Shown here piece by piece: positions 24,744 through 32,942 of a DNA stretch of 64,000 nucleotides. The notes under the pieces are model-generated. The model worked only from the letters and a program-made list of their open reading frames with translations. It did no database searches and was not told the DNA's origin. Both the position numbers and the translations under genes were made by a program. The stretch spans positions 124,001-188,000 of the IMG/VR virus record IMGVR_UViG_3300044972_002389. One strand, written 5' to 3'. How positions within the stretch are numbered: the first letter of the stretch is position 1; each line of letters opens with the position of its first letter.

Positions 24744-25844
24744 ATGTTTGAAAATGTAGATTTTGGCATTCGAGAAGATCATTTTGGCCATGGGCTGTGT
24801 AGCCGGATGCGGTTGGAGTTTCTCAGCCAGCAAACCGGCGCGACAATGGTAGTGTGTCGAGCTGTGAAGCTGGAAATGCGCCGCAACATCGTAGACGTGT
24901 TCACTGGTATGGAAAGCCTCCTAAACAAGACTTTTCCTGAGGCAGAGGGCACTTGGCAGTTTGTGCAAGTAGATCCTGACTACTGGATGATCCAGAATAG
25001 CAGTATGTTCATTATTGGTGAGCAGCGCAGTGCAAACAGCCGACGCAGTTGGGGGTATGATGAAGGCAGCGTTCGTGTGAACCGTGCCAGCATCGAGGCA
25101 TATGGAACTCCAGACCGGGTTAACCAGCTGCTGACTGCTGTGGAAGACACGTTCCAAGATCGCACTTTTACCAAAATCACGTGGTATTACAAGGATGGTT
25201 CTTCGGTGGACTATCGCAGCCTCTACGTTGATCAGGACAACCAGATTCAAAACAGCTTTTATCCTTGGTTCACACAAGGTGTTGATGCCTTCATTGAAGA
25301 TTACCTGACTAGCACAGGCACAGTGCTACTCCTCTATGGGCCACCTGGAACTGGCAAAACCAGCTTTCTCAAGCATCTCATTTGTAGCCGGCGCATGAAT
25401 GCGATCGTCAGCTACGATGAAGACATCCTGCGTGATGATCGCTTTTTCATTGACTTTTTGGCTGATGATGAGCACAACATCATGATCATCGAGGATGCTG
25501 ACCTGCTGCTGAGCAATCGAGAAAGTGAACAGAACAAGATCATGAGCAAGTTCTTGAATGTCAGTGATGGCATTGTGAAGGTGGCCAGCAAGAAGATGGT
25601 GTTCACTACCAATATTAGCCAACTAAACAAGGTGGACCCAGCTTTGCTACGCAAGGGGCGTTGCTACAGTGCAGTGGAGTTCCGCAACATGAGTCCAAAT
25701 GAGGCTGCCCTTGCTGCTGAGTCTGCTGGTGAACCCCAGCAAAACTGGAAAGGTAAGGAGCATTGGACACTAAGTGAAGTTTTCAATCGCGATATTGCCA
25801 CAGCAGAAGTTACGCCTACAATGGGATTTGGTTTCCGGGTTTGA
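24744..25844 (+). CDS. AAA+ ATPase
   Basis: Walker A GPPGTGKT, Walker B IIEDAD, FTTN, DPALLRKGR. Confidence 0.92.
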   Translation: MFENVDFGIREDHFGHGLCSRMRLEFLSQQTGATMVVCRAVKLEMRRNIVDVFTGMESLLNKTFPEAEGTWQFVQVDPDYWMIQNSSMFIIGEQRSANSRRSWGYDEGSVRVNRASIEAYGTPDRVNQLLTAVEDTFQDRTFTKITWYYKDGSSVDYRSLYVDQDNQIQNSFYPWFTQGVDAFIEDYLTSTGTVLLLYGPPGTGKTSFLKHLICSRRMNAIVSYDEDILRDDRFFIDFLADDEHNIMIIEDADLLLSNRESEQNKIMSKFLNVSDGIVKVASKKMVFTTNISQLNKVDPALLRKGRCYSAVEFRNMSPNEAALAAESAGEPQQNWKGKEHWTLSEVFNRDIATAEVTPTMGFGFRV

Positions 25845-25859
25845 AAATCATAGGAAATC

Positions 25860-25867
25860 TATAAATA
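25860..25867 (+). promoter_or_regulatory. T4-type late promoter
   Basis: Perfect TATAAATA. Confidence 0.6.
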
Positions 25868-25890
25868 AGGAACTATTACCAAGGCAGGCA

Positions 25891-26097
25891 ATGAAAACAA
25901 TAGCAGTAATATTTCTTTCATATGTAGGCGCGTTGTGCGCCTTTGCTGCTAGTGGTTTTCTTGCCAGCTGGGCATATCAGTTAAATGGATGTATATGGAC
26001 CTCAAGCGGTGTGTTTGGGGTCAGTTTTTTGGCTATTGTAACTGGATTTGCTGGTGTAATTACAAACTTGTTTGACTTCTCCGACTGGTTCCGTTGA
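25891..26097 (+). CDS. small membrane protein (2 TM)
   Basis: Two hydrophobic segments. Confidence 0.65.
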   Translation: MKTIAVIFLSYVGALCAFAASGFLASWAYQLNGCIWTSSGVFGVSFLAIVTGFAGVITNLFDFSDWFR

Positions 26098-26121
26098 CAG
26101 CCAAAAGTTTCATGCTATAGT
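26094..26121 (+). promoter_or_regulatory. sigma70-type promoter
   Basis: TTGACA-N16-TATAGT preceded by TGC; ATG follows after 5 nt. Confidence 0.75.
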
Positions 26122-26126
26122 TAAGC

Positions 26127-27359
26127 ATGAAAAAGTTATCCTTACATAGTATAGTAGTTTTGATTGGTCCCACTAAGAGTGGCAAAAGCACATGGGCCCA
26201 AAACCAGTTTGACGCTGATGAAATCATAAGCCTTTCTTCAATCAAGAAAGAGTTGACAGGCAACAATTCAACAGTGGATATTTTGCCAAATATTTGGCAC
26301 GAACTCTATCGTAGAGTTGATATTCGTATCGCCAACGGGCAACGTGCAGTAGTTGATTCCACTAATCTAAAAGACAAGGACAGATTTACTTTTCTTGATA
26401 TTGCCGAAAAGTATGGTGTGGAAGTCTATTACAAACCTTTTGACCTTGAATGGGGCACAATACAGCAAAACTCTGGTTCTTGTTATGACTTTGACTCTTT
26501 GAGAAAAAGCTATAGTATATGGAAAAATGCTCGCACACAGGTGTTACAGGGCGATAATAAACGAGCTGTTGTGCTGTGTGGTGACGAAACCACTGTTGGA
26601 TTTCCAAATGAATTGCAGAGTGCAAGGATTTTAGCAGTAGGCGATGTTCATGGCAATTTTCCAGCTATGCAGCAGGCAGTGCAAATGGCACAACAGTTAC
26701 ACGCAAAGCTAGTGTGGCTGGGAGATATTGTGGACTATGGCGCCAATAATCTCAAATGTTTGAAACTTGCATATGACACTGTTCGAGACGGGCAAGCACT
26801 TATGATTTGGGGAAATCACGAAAGAAAAATTGATCGCTGGATTAGGAGCGACTTGGGTGAAACCTTTAATGGCAAACTTAGCGAGTCAAATCTATCTACT
26901 ATAAGAGAAATCAACAGTTTGAATGACTTGCGGAAAAAGAAGTTTCTTGCAGCTTGGACAGCACTAAGAAACTGGAGTTTTAACCACCTAACAGTGGGAA
27001 AATTTTTGTTTACTCATGGTGCAGCAACACCTGCCATGTGGGCCAACAAGGATCGCAGATTGCAAGGTGTTTGTGCAAATATGGCCTATTTTGGTGAGGT
27101 AGACACTGTTTCACCGACCAAGAATGATGGATATCCAAACCGTATCTGGAATTGGGTTCAAAACATACCTGCTGATCATACTGTTGTTGTAGGGCATGAT
27201 TGGCTTGATCGTGTCAGTTACAACGTTGTGGAAAAAGCAAATTCTTGTGGCGGCCGGGCATTTGTTACAGATTGTGGTAGCAGCAAAGGCGGTCGTTTGG
27301 GTGCACTTTTTGTTGATCAACATAGCAAAGAAGTTTTGCCTTACTATTTTGACACTTAA
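26127..27359 (+). CDS. Polynucleotide kinase-phosphatase (P-loop kinase plus calcineurin-like phosphoesterase; Pnkp-like without a ligase domain)
   Basis: GPTKSGKS, VVDSTN; GDVHG, GDIVDYG, GNHE, THG, VVGH. Confidence 0.85.
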   Translation: MKKLSLHSIVVLIGPTKSGKSTWAQNQFDADEIISLSSIKKELTGNNSTVDILPNIWHELYRRVDIRIANGQRAVVDSTNLKDKDRFTFLDIAEKYGVEVYYKPFDLEWGTIQQNSGSCYDFDSLRKSYSIWKNARTQVLQGDNKRAVVLCGDETTVGFPNELQSARILAVGDVHGNFPAMQQAVQMAQQLHAKLVWLGDIVDYGANNLKCLKLAYDTVRDGQALMIWGNHERKIDRWIRSDLGETFNGKLSESNLSTIREINSLNDLRKKKFLAAWTALRNWSFNHLTVGKFLFTHGAATPAMWANKDRRLQGVCANMAYFGEVDTVSPTKNDGYPNRIWNWVQNIPADHTVVVGHDWLDRVSYNVVEKANSCGGRAFVTDCGSSKGGRLGALFVDQHSKEVLPYYFDT

Positions 27360-27362
27360 ATA
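27357..27362 (+). promoter_or_regulatory. putative late promoter TAAATA
   Basis: 25 nt upstream of the HNH start. Confidence 0.4.
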
Positions 27363-27387
27363 TCATAGCAGTTAAAAAAGGTGTGTT

Positions 27388-27969
27388 ATGAATGCCACTC
27401 TGGTACTCAATGCTGATTACAGTCCTTTAGGTGTAGCTCCGTTGAGCACACTCAATTGGAAAGAAGCTATCAAGCTGATTTATCTTTCTCAAGTTAATGT
27501 AATAGAGCAGTATGACGATTGGTTTGTTCATAGCCCCAGCGTAACTATGCAAGTGCCCAGTGTTGTTGTTTCAAAAACCTATGTTAAGAGCAGTAGGACT
27601 GTGAAGTTCAATAAACAAAATTTGTGTATACGAGACAACTATACTTGTCAGTATTGTAATCAAATATTTGAGCTGAAAAGCCTTACTATTGAGCACGTTA
27701 TTCCACGATGCTGTGGAGGCAAAACAACCTGGACTAACGTTTCAATGGCTTGTTCTAGATGCAACACCCGAAAAGGACATCGATTAGATATACATCCACA
27801 AATCTTACCTTACAGACCCAGTATTGGTGAAATTATAAGCAAAGTTAAAAGACAGCCAGTTGTTGTGCCCAACAGCAACTGGCTGCCTTACATTGGGTGG
27901 ACACCCAGTTTGGTTTCAGTACGAGAGCCTTACAAAAATATTGACACGGTTGCATCAAAACACACATAG
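27388..27969 (+). CDS. HNH endonuclease
   Basis: TLVLNADY, RDNYTCQYC, TIEHVIPR, WTNVSMACSRCNTRKG. Confidence 0.9.
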   Translation: MNATLVLNADYSPLGVAPLSTLNWKEAIKLIYLSQVNVIEQYDDWFVHSPSVTMQVPSVVVSKTYVKSSRTVKFNKQNLCIRDNYTCQYCNQIFELKSLTIEHVIPRCCGGKTTWTNVSMACSRCNTRKGHRLDIHPQILPYRPSIGEIISKVKRQPVVVPNSNWLPYIGWTPSLVSVREPYKNIDTVASKHT

Positions 27970-27995
27970 TGATACACCCCTATAGGAGAATACCA

Positions 27996-28220
27996 ATGAG
28001 TGAAACAACAGAGGCAACAATGCCTCCCACATCTGCCTCTGGAGCAGCAGAAATAACCATTACTGATTTAAAAAATGTTTTAGTCCTTATTGATTTGTGC
28101 ACCCAACGAGGTGCTTTTCGAGGACCTGAATTGAGTTCTGTTGCAGCTTTATACGACAAGATTCAAGGCTTTGTTGGTGTGGCTGAAGAAGGCAAAAACA
28201 CTAAACCAACCGGCATTTAA
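27996..28220 (+). CDS. conserved hypothetical large-phage protein
   Basis: DLKNVLVLIDLCTQRGAFRGPEL pattern; AGGAG RBS. Confidence 0.75.
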   Translation: MSETTEATMPPTSASGAAEITITDLKNVLVLIDLCTQRGAFRGPELSSVAALYDKIQGFVGVAEEGKNTKPTGI

Positions 28221-28228
28221 GGAGCACA

Positions 28229-28945
28229 ATGATGTTTGACAATATGTACCGACACACAGGCCAGCTAAACAACACTGGCAAAAATGTAGTAGTTGTATTC
28301 ATGCAACTGCCAGAAGATCCTGCACATGCATTAGTAATTGACACAGATGCATTGCCTGACATGTATAATGAGGCTCTCAGGAAGGTTGTCGAAAGCACTG
28401 AAGGACAGCAAGCCAAGAATCTTGCTGACGTTTTGGCCCGTCGTCCCAGCCCAGATGGCAGTTCCAGTAACATGCTAGCTAAGTTTCACCAAAGCAATAG
28501 ACTGCAAAAAACACCTGTATCTAATGTCACAATGGTTCCTCGCCGCGGAGTTCGTTGGCCTCTCTCTGATGTAATTGCAGCAATGGCATCACAGGAAACT
28601 GTTCCACAAGGCTTTAATGACCTAGACCCTGAAACAAAGGCTATGGTGGCTGCCGATCTCAGGAAGTTCAATGTTCATGCTGTGAACTCAGAAAATGACA
28701 ACACCGGGCAGATAAAAGCACAGGCTGCCAATCTCTTGGAAATGGCACGCATGTTGGAAACAGATGCACATAGCAAAAGAGAACAAGCATACCGGATTGA
28801 TCCCAGTCTTAGGCCCGCAAAACGTAATCAACCAGCCGCAACAGCAGCACCTGTGGAGATAGCAGCACCTGTGGAGATAGCAGCTGACCCTCTTCCGGTT
28901 GTGCCTACTCTTAAGAAACCAAGTAAGGCTAAGCGAGCTGCCTAA
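28229..28945 (+). CDS. conserved hypothetical large-phage protein
   Basis: AAGGAG RBS; RHTGQL...VVFMQLPEDP..ALVI. Confidence 0.75.
   Translation: MMFDNMYRHTGQLNNTGKNVVVVFMQLPEDPAHALVIDTDALPDMYNEALRKVVESTEGQQAKNLADVLARRPSPDGSSSNMLAKFHQSNRLQKTPVSNVTMVPRRGVRWPLSDVIAAMASQETVPQGFNDLDPETKAMVAADLRKFNVHAVNSENDNTGQIKAQAANLLEMARMLETDAHSKREQAYRIDPSLRPAKRNQPAATAAPVEIAAPVEIAADPLPVVPTLKKPSKAKRAA
28843..28884 (+). repeat. 18-bp tandem repeat x2.3 (AAPVEI)
   Basis: AGCAGCACCTGTGGAGAT twice plus AGCAGC. Confidence 0.9.
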
Positions 28946-28973
28946 GTAAAAATCTCAAGAGCTGGACAAACTG

Positions 28974-28980
28974 ATAAATA
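28974..28980 (+). promoter_or_regulatory. putative late promoter ATAAATA
   Basis: Upstream of 29007. Confidence 0.5.
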
Positions 28981-29006
28981 AAGGAACTCCAGTTCTTGAG
29001 GTAGCT

Positions 29007-29372
29007 ATGGCAAAGAAGAAAACAACTGAAGACTTGGAATGGGAGTCTATATTCAACAGTATCTCTTTTAATACTGAACCTCCCGCCAAATATATAAAAG
29101 ATGCTGTAGTACGCACGAGATACGGAAAGCGCATCAAATTATCAGGCAAAGAATTTGTTTCTGTAATGGAACAAGAGCGTATGATGGATCCTGAAGATGC
29201 GCTTATTGAAAGCTGCAAGGTAACCTTGGACTTTGATCGACTCAAGCAAGATATCTCACGTTTTGCCAACAGTGTGCTCAAGAAGGCCAGCAGTCGTTAC
29301 AAAAAAAGTCGTGCACAAACAAGTCAAGCAGCTAAGTTACGCAAACTCTTATCTCAGCAGAAACAAAGTTAA
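29007..29372 (+). CDS. conserved hypothetical protein
   Basis: GAGG RBS. Confidence 0.75.
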   Translation: MAKKKTTEDLEWESIFNSISFNTEPPAKYIKDAVVRTRYGKRIKLSGKEFVSVMEQERMMDPEDALIESCKVTLDFDRLKQDISRFANSVLKKASSRYKKSRAQTSQAAKLRKLLSQQKQS

Positions 29373-29449
29373 TTTTATTTCCCAGCTGTTCAACTTGATT
29401 TAACCCAGTATCCTAGGACAAAATAGCAGTATAGGTATTGGAGATTGAG

Positions 29450-30382
29450 ATGACAACTTGGGAACAGGTGGCTGACGACAGCAGATACACAAAGGTACTT
29501 GACAAGGGCTTTGTGGGCTTGATTGACCACATGGGCAGTGATCAAGCCATTGTGCAAGCTGCTCGAGTCAGCTATGGCGAGGGCACAAAATCTGTAAATG
29601 AGGATCGCGGTTTGATCCGCTATCTCATGAGGCACATGCACTCGACTCCATTTGAGATGGTGGAATTCAAGTTTCATCTCAAAATGCCAATCTTTGTAAT
29701 GCGTCAACATGTGCGACACCGAATGGCCTCAATCAACGAATACAGTGGTCGTTATAGTGTTATGACGGATGAGTTTTATATTCCTGAACCAACTCGAATT
29801 CAAGCGCAAAGCAGTGACAACAAACAGGGCAGTGCCGGACAACTTGCAAAGCAAGAACTGGAAATAGCACTCAACACAATCCAGCGAGTAAGTGCTGAAA
29901 ACTATCTAGACTATCTCAGCCTCATAAATGACCCCAATGGACGAGACTATAAATTTGGTGAGCGTCAGGGCCTGGCACGCGAGCTGGCACGTATGGTGCT
30001 GCCAGTAAACAACTACACTGAATTGTATTGGAAAATTGACCTCAAAAACCTGTTTCACTATCTCAATCTCAGAATTGATTCTCACGCGCAATATGAGATC
30101 CAACAGTTGGCCTTACCTATTGCAGAGCATGTGAAACGCATTTGTCCAATTGCATGGGAAGCGTTTGAAGACTATTGGCAGCAAGCCACAACTGTGAGTA
30201 GGCTTGAAAAAAACCTATTGCAGGAGCTTATCAACTTCAGTAACGTACAGAGCGTGAGTTTTGCAGACAGTTATGAGACTATGATCCAAACCGCAGGTAG
30301 CAAATCACAACTGCAAACACAGTTTGGAATGAGCAAACGTGAGTTGGCAGAATTTGAGAAGCAGTGGAAGCTGGCCCTTTAG
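29450..30382 (+). CDS. thyX: Flavin-dependent thymidylate synthase
   Basis: AARVSY, HSTPFE, RHRMASINEYSGRY, ELARMVLP, LRIDSHAQYEI. Confidence 0.96.
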   Translation: MTTWEQVADDSRYTKVLDKGFVGLIDHMGSDQAIVQAARVSYGEGTKSVNEDRGLIRYLMRHMHSTPFEMVEFKFHLKMPIFVMRQHVRHRMASINEYSGRYSVMTDEFYIPEPTRIQAQSSDNKQGSAGQLAKQELEIALNTIQRVSAENYLDYLSLINDPNGRDYKFGERQGLARELARMVLPVNNYTELYWKIDLKNLFHYLNLRIDSHAQYEIQQLALPIAEHVKRICPIAWEAFEDYWQQATTVSRLEKNLLQELINFSNVQSVSFADSYETMIQTAGSKSQLQTQFGMSKRELAEFEKQWKLAL

Positions 30383-32151
30383 GCCAGCTTCGCTTCTAGG
30401 GCTGCAAGTTTTTGACTTAGTTCTTGCACTGCTGCCCATAATATAGGTACTAACTTGCTGTTGTCTACTGACTGATAGACTGGATGGCCGTTTTCATCAA
30501 CTTCATCTTTCTGGCCCTTAACAGCTTGTGGTACCACAGCTTGAAGTTCATGAGCTAAGAAGCCACTAGACCTTTCAGTCCGCATTGAGTCAACCCAGTT
30601 ATAGGTTTTGGCATGAACTTTGCCTACTAAATCCAGGGCTTGGCTTAACGGAGCAATGTTTGTTTTGCGTCGATAATCAGATAGGCTGTTGTAATAGGTG
30701 CCGGCATCATCGAAAAGTATACTTCCTGACTCATATGCGTTTAGGATTGATGTTGTATTGATTTTGAATGATATACCTTTTTGGACCGCAGGTGTTATTG
30801 GATAACTGCCCCAAAGATTTATCATAGTATTTGGCTGAGGGTTGAAGGGCTGACTTACGGTTGACCTGATGTTGATACCATCGGTGTTGGCTTGATTCAT
30901 ATTGATAGTAAGAAATGAATCATTGAACGCTGGGGAGGCAGTGGCATTTGCTGCAATTGTTACGTCACCCAACCTCAAACCACGGTTTACAAACCGGGCA
31001 GTCTCAACACCAGATATGAAACAGCTTAGCTGATTTGACGCCACTTGGCCTAGTCCTGTTTGTAAATCACCTTTGAAAACATATTTCATAGGGCCATCAG
31101 ATTCAGAAGGGGAGCCAGCACAGAATTTGTGAGAAAACACTGTCCACAATTTTGTGTTCAAGCTACCAAGGTCAAATACGGCATCCACAGTAGGAATATT
31201 TGTAGCATCTTTCCGCATGAAAATTGTGGGACTGACGGGAGGCGTCCCAAGGGTATCAGCATTTAAGGCGCTTGTGGCTTTGCCATCAAAATTTGTGGCG
31301 TAGATAGTATTGTATTTGAAGCTGGTACTACCAAGGTTGTATAAGTTGTCATTTATTGGTAGATTTGTTTGGTCGCGACGCATGTAGCTTCCTGATGGTA
31401 TGCCACCAAGGAAAACGCTGTTTTGGGCCAACAAAGTGCTTGTGCTTTCGCCATAAAATTTGGCATTGGGCAATGTGGGATTTAAGGTTATTCCTGGATA
31501 GACACTTGTGAACCCTTGTAATGGATTGGTTGGTGTTGCTGCTGGAGCGAAAGTTGCATCATTACTTACTACTGCAACCAGTTGTCCACCTACAGTCAAT
31601 CTCAATACCTTATGGATTGCATTTAAGGTGTCTGTTACCAACAGTGCATCAACATTTGTATAGACTGGTATGCTGGGACTATTTGCATCGTTGCCGTCAG
31701 CGGCACCCAGCGGACCAACTAAGTTCCACTGTGATGAACCATACACAAAAAGTTGTTTTTTAGTTTGATCATACAACAGCTCTCCGTCAACAGGATTTAC
31801 AGGGCCAGGAGGAGAGGGAGGGCCTGGAGGAGTAGGACCAGGTGGTGTGGGTGGAGGTATGTTGGGTGTAGTTTGTACCGGGGCTGCACTTTTCCAGGCA
31901 GTGCCGTCATATACTTTCAATTGAGCGTTGGCAACGTCATACCATAATTGACCAACTCTTGGATTACTGGGCCCAGATAATGGTGCCCCAGCAAAGTTTT
32001 CCAACATCCATACTAAGTTTTCAACAACAGGCTCACCGTAATTGGGATAATTACGCCCAGGCAACCGCAACGAAGTTGCGGTTGTGTTGATTGTCTTGTC
32101 AGGAATGGATGCAATCGGAGTTCCGCTGTAACTGTTGATCACATATGTCAT
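30379..32151 (-). CDS. Tail fibre-like virion protein with a C-terminal intramolecular chaperone (peptidase S74) domain
   Basis: N-terminal LPGRNYPNYGE...ENF...GQLWYD; C-terminal SDYRRKTNI, GFLAHELQAVVP, LVPILWAAVQEL. Confidence 0.85.
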   Translation of the reverse strand: MTYVINSYSGTPIASIPDKTINTTATSLRLPGRNYPNYGEPVVENLVWMLENFAGAPLSGPSNPRVGQLWYDVANAQLKVYDGTAWKSAAPVQTTPNIPPPTPPGPTPPGPPSPPGPVNPVDGELLYDQTKKQLFVYGSSQWNLVGPLGAADGNDANSPSIPVYTNVDALLVTDTLNAIHKVLRLTVGGQLVAVVSNDATFAPAATPTNPLQGFTSVYPGITLNPTLPNAKFYGESTSTLLAQNSVFLGGIPSGSYMRRDQTNLPINDNLYNLGSTSFKYNTIYATNFDGKATSALNADTLGTPPVSPTIFMRKDATNIPTVDAVFDLGSLNTKLWTVFSHKFCAGSPSESDGPMKYVFKGDLQTGLGQVASNQLSCFISGVETARFVNRGLRLGDVTIAANATASPAFNDSFLTINMNQANTDGINIRSTVSQPFNPQPNTMINLWGSYPITPAVQKGISFKINTTSILNAYESGSILFDDAGTYYNSLSDYRRKTNIAPLSQALDLVGKVHAKTYNWVDSMRTERSSGFLAHELQAVVPQAVKGQKDEVDENGHPVYQSVDNSKLVPILWAAVQELSQKLAALEAKLA

Positions 32152-32176
32152 ATTGCTTGCCTCAGAGTATTTCTGA

Positions 32177-32183
32177 TATTTAT
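32177..32183 (-). promoter_or_regulatory. late promoter ATAAATA
   Basis: 25 nt upstream of the tail fibre start. Confidence 0.6.
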
Positions 32184-32214
32184 GCAGCAAATGACCTTGC
32201 TAGCCACAAAAAGC

Positions 32215-32799
32215 TTAGGCTGTTTGAATACGGATAGTATAAACCACTTCAATTTCGCGATTCAAAGATTTTTGAACTGGTGAAAATACTACATGGCTTA
32301 TCAACAATCCTGTATCTGCAACTGCTTTTTTGGTTTTCAAGCCCAACTCATTGAACACGTAAGGACTTGACACATCTGTTGCTGTATCAAATGCATCTTG
32401 GCCAGCTGGTTCACCCAAGCCCAAAACACATGTGATTTTCACATCAGTATATACTGTACCAGGTCTGTGAATAACTTTGATAAAGTTACGAGTGGGGTCA
32501 CTGTTGTCTGGACTGAGATCATTTACAACTTTGTAATATGTTTCGTTGTATAGTTGTGCATCAAGGCCCTGTACATTGGGTGGGAGATAAATTACTGTTC
32601 CTACACCAGAAACAACAGCAGCACCATTGCCGAACACCATTTCTTGAATATAACCTTCGGGGCGATAAGCCAACCCTTGTGCCAATGCAATGCTGAAATT
32701 CTCAAAATTGATGGCATTGTATTTGTCTACCAAAACTTCCTTGGTATGAAAGTCGCGGATCAAAACGTGTCCTGTAATATTATTCAAGGGAGTTTCCAT
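32215..32799 (-). CDS. conserved jumbo-phage virion structural protein
   Basis: GHVLIRD...NAINFENFS..LA...FGNG...FNELGL...HVVFSPVQKSLNR. Confidence 0.75.
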   Translation of the reverse strand: METPLNNITGHVLIRDFHTKEVLVDKYNAINFENFSIALAQGLAYRPEGYIQEMVFGNGAAVVSGVGTVIYLPPNVQGLDAQLYNETYYKVVNDLSPDNSDPTRNFIKVIHRPGTVYTDVKITCVLGLGEPAGQDAFDTATDVSSPYVFNELGLKTKKAVADTGLLISHVVFSPVQKSLNREIEVVYTIRIQTA

Positions 32800-32801
32800 T
32801 T

Positions 32802-32930
32802 TTAGGAGAGCCTTTTGTCTAGGATTATTTTGTTTGAGTTTAAATCTTTTATCAGTAGATGACTGCTTACTACTAATTTTTGACAGTCATCTACTTTTGT
32901 ATCAACTATTTTTTCTGTCTGCTGTTCCAT
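32802..32930 (-). CDS. small 42-aa late protein (not in the ORF track)
   Basis: MEQQTEKIVDTKVDDCQKLVVSSHLLIKDLNSNKIILDKRLS*, directly behind ATAAATA. Confidence 0.55.
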   Translation of the reverse strand: MEQQTEKIVDTKVDDCQKLVVSSHLLIKDLNSNKIILDKRLS

Positions 32931-32935
32931 GGCTA

Positions 32936-32942
32936 TATTTAT
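32936..32942 (-). promoter_or_regulatory. late promoter ATAAATA
   Basis: Overlaps the stop of the 4017-aa gene. Confidence 0.55.

Noticed and set aside
29450-30382. Intein or intron in thyX, the ligases or the AAA ATPase
   Set aside because: Lengths and motif spacing are normal; no C/S...HN splice motifs or frame breaks.
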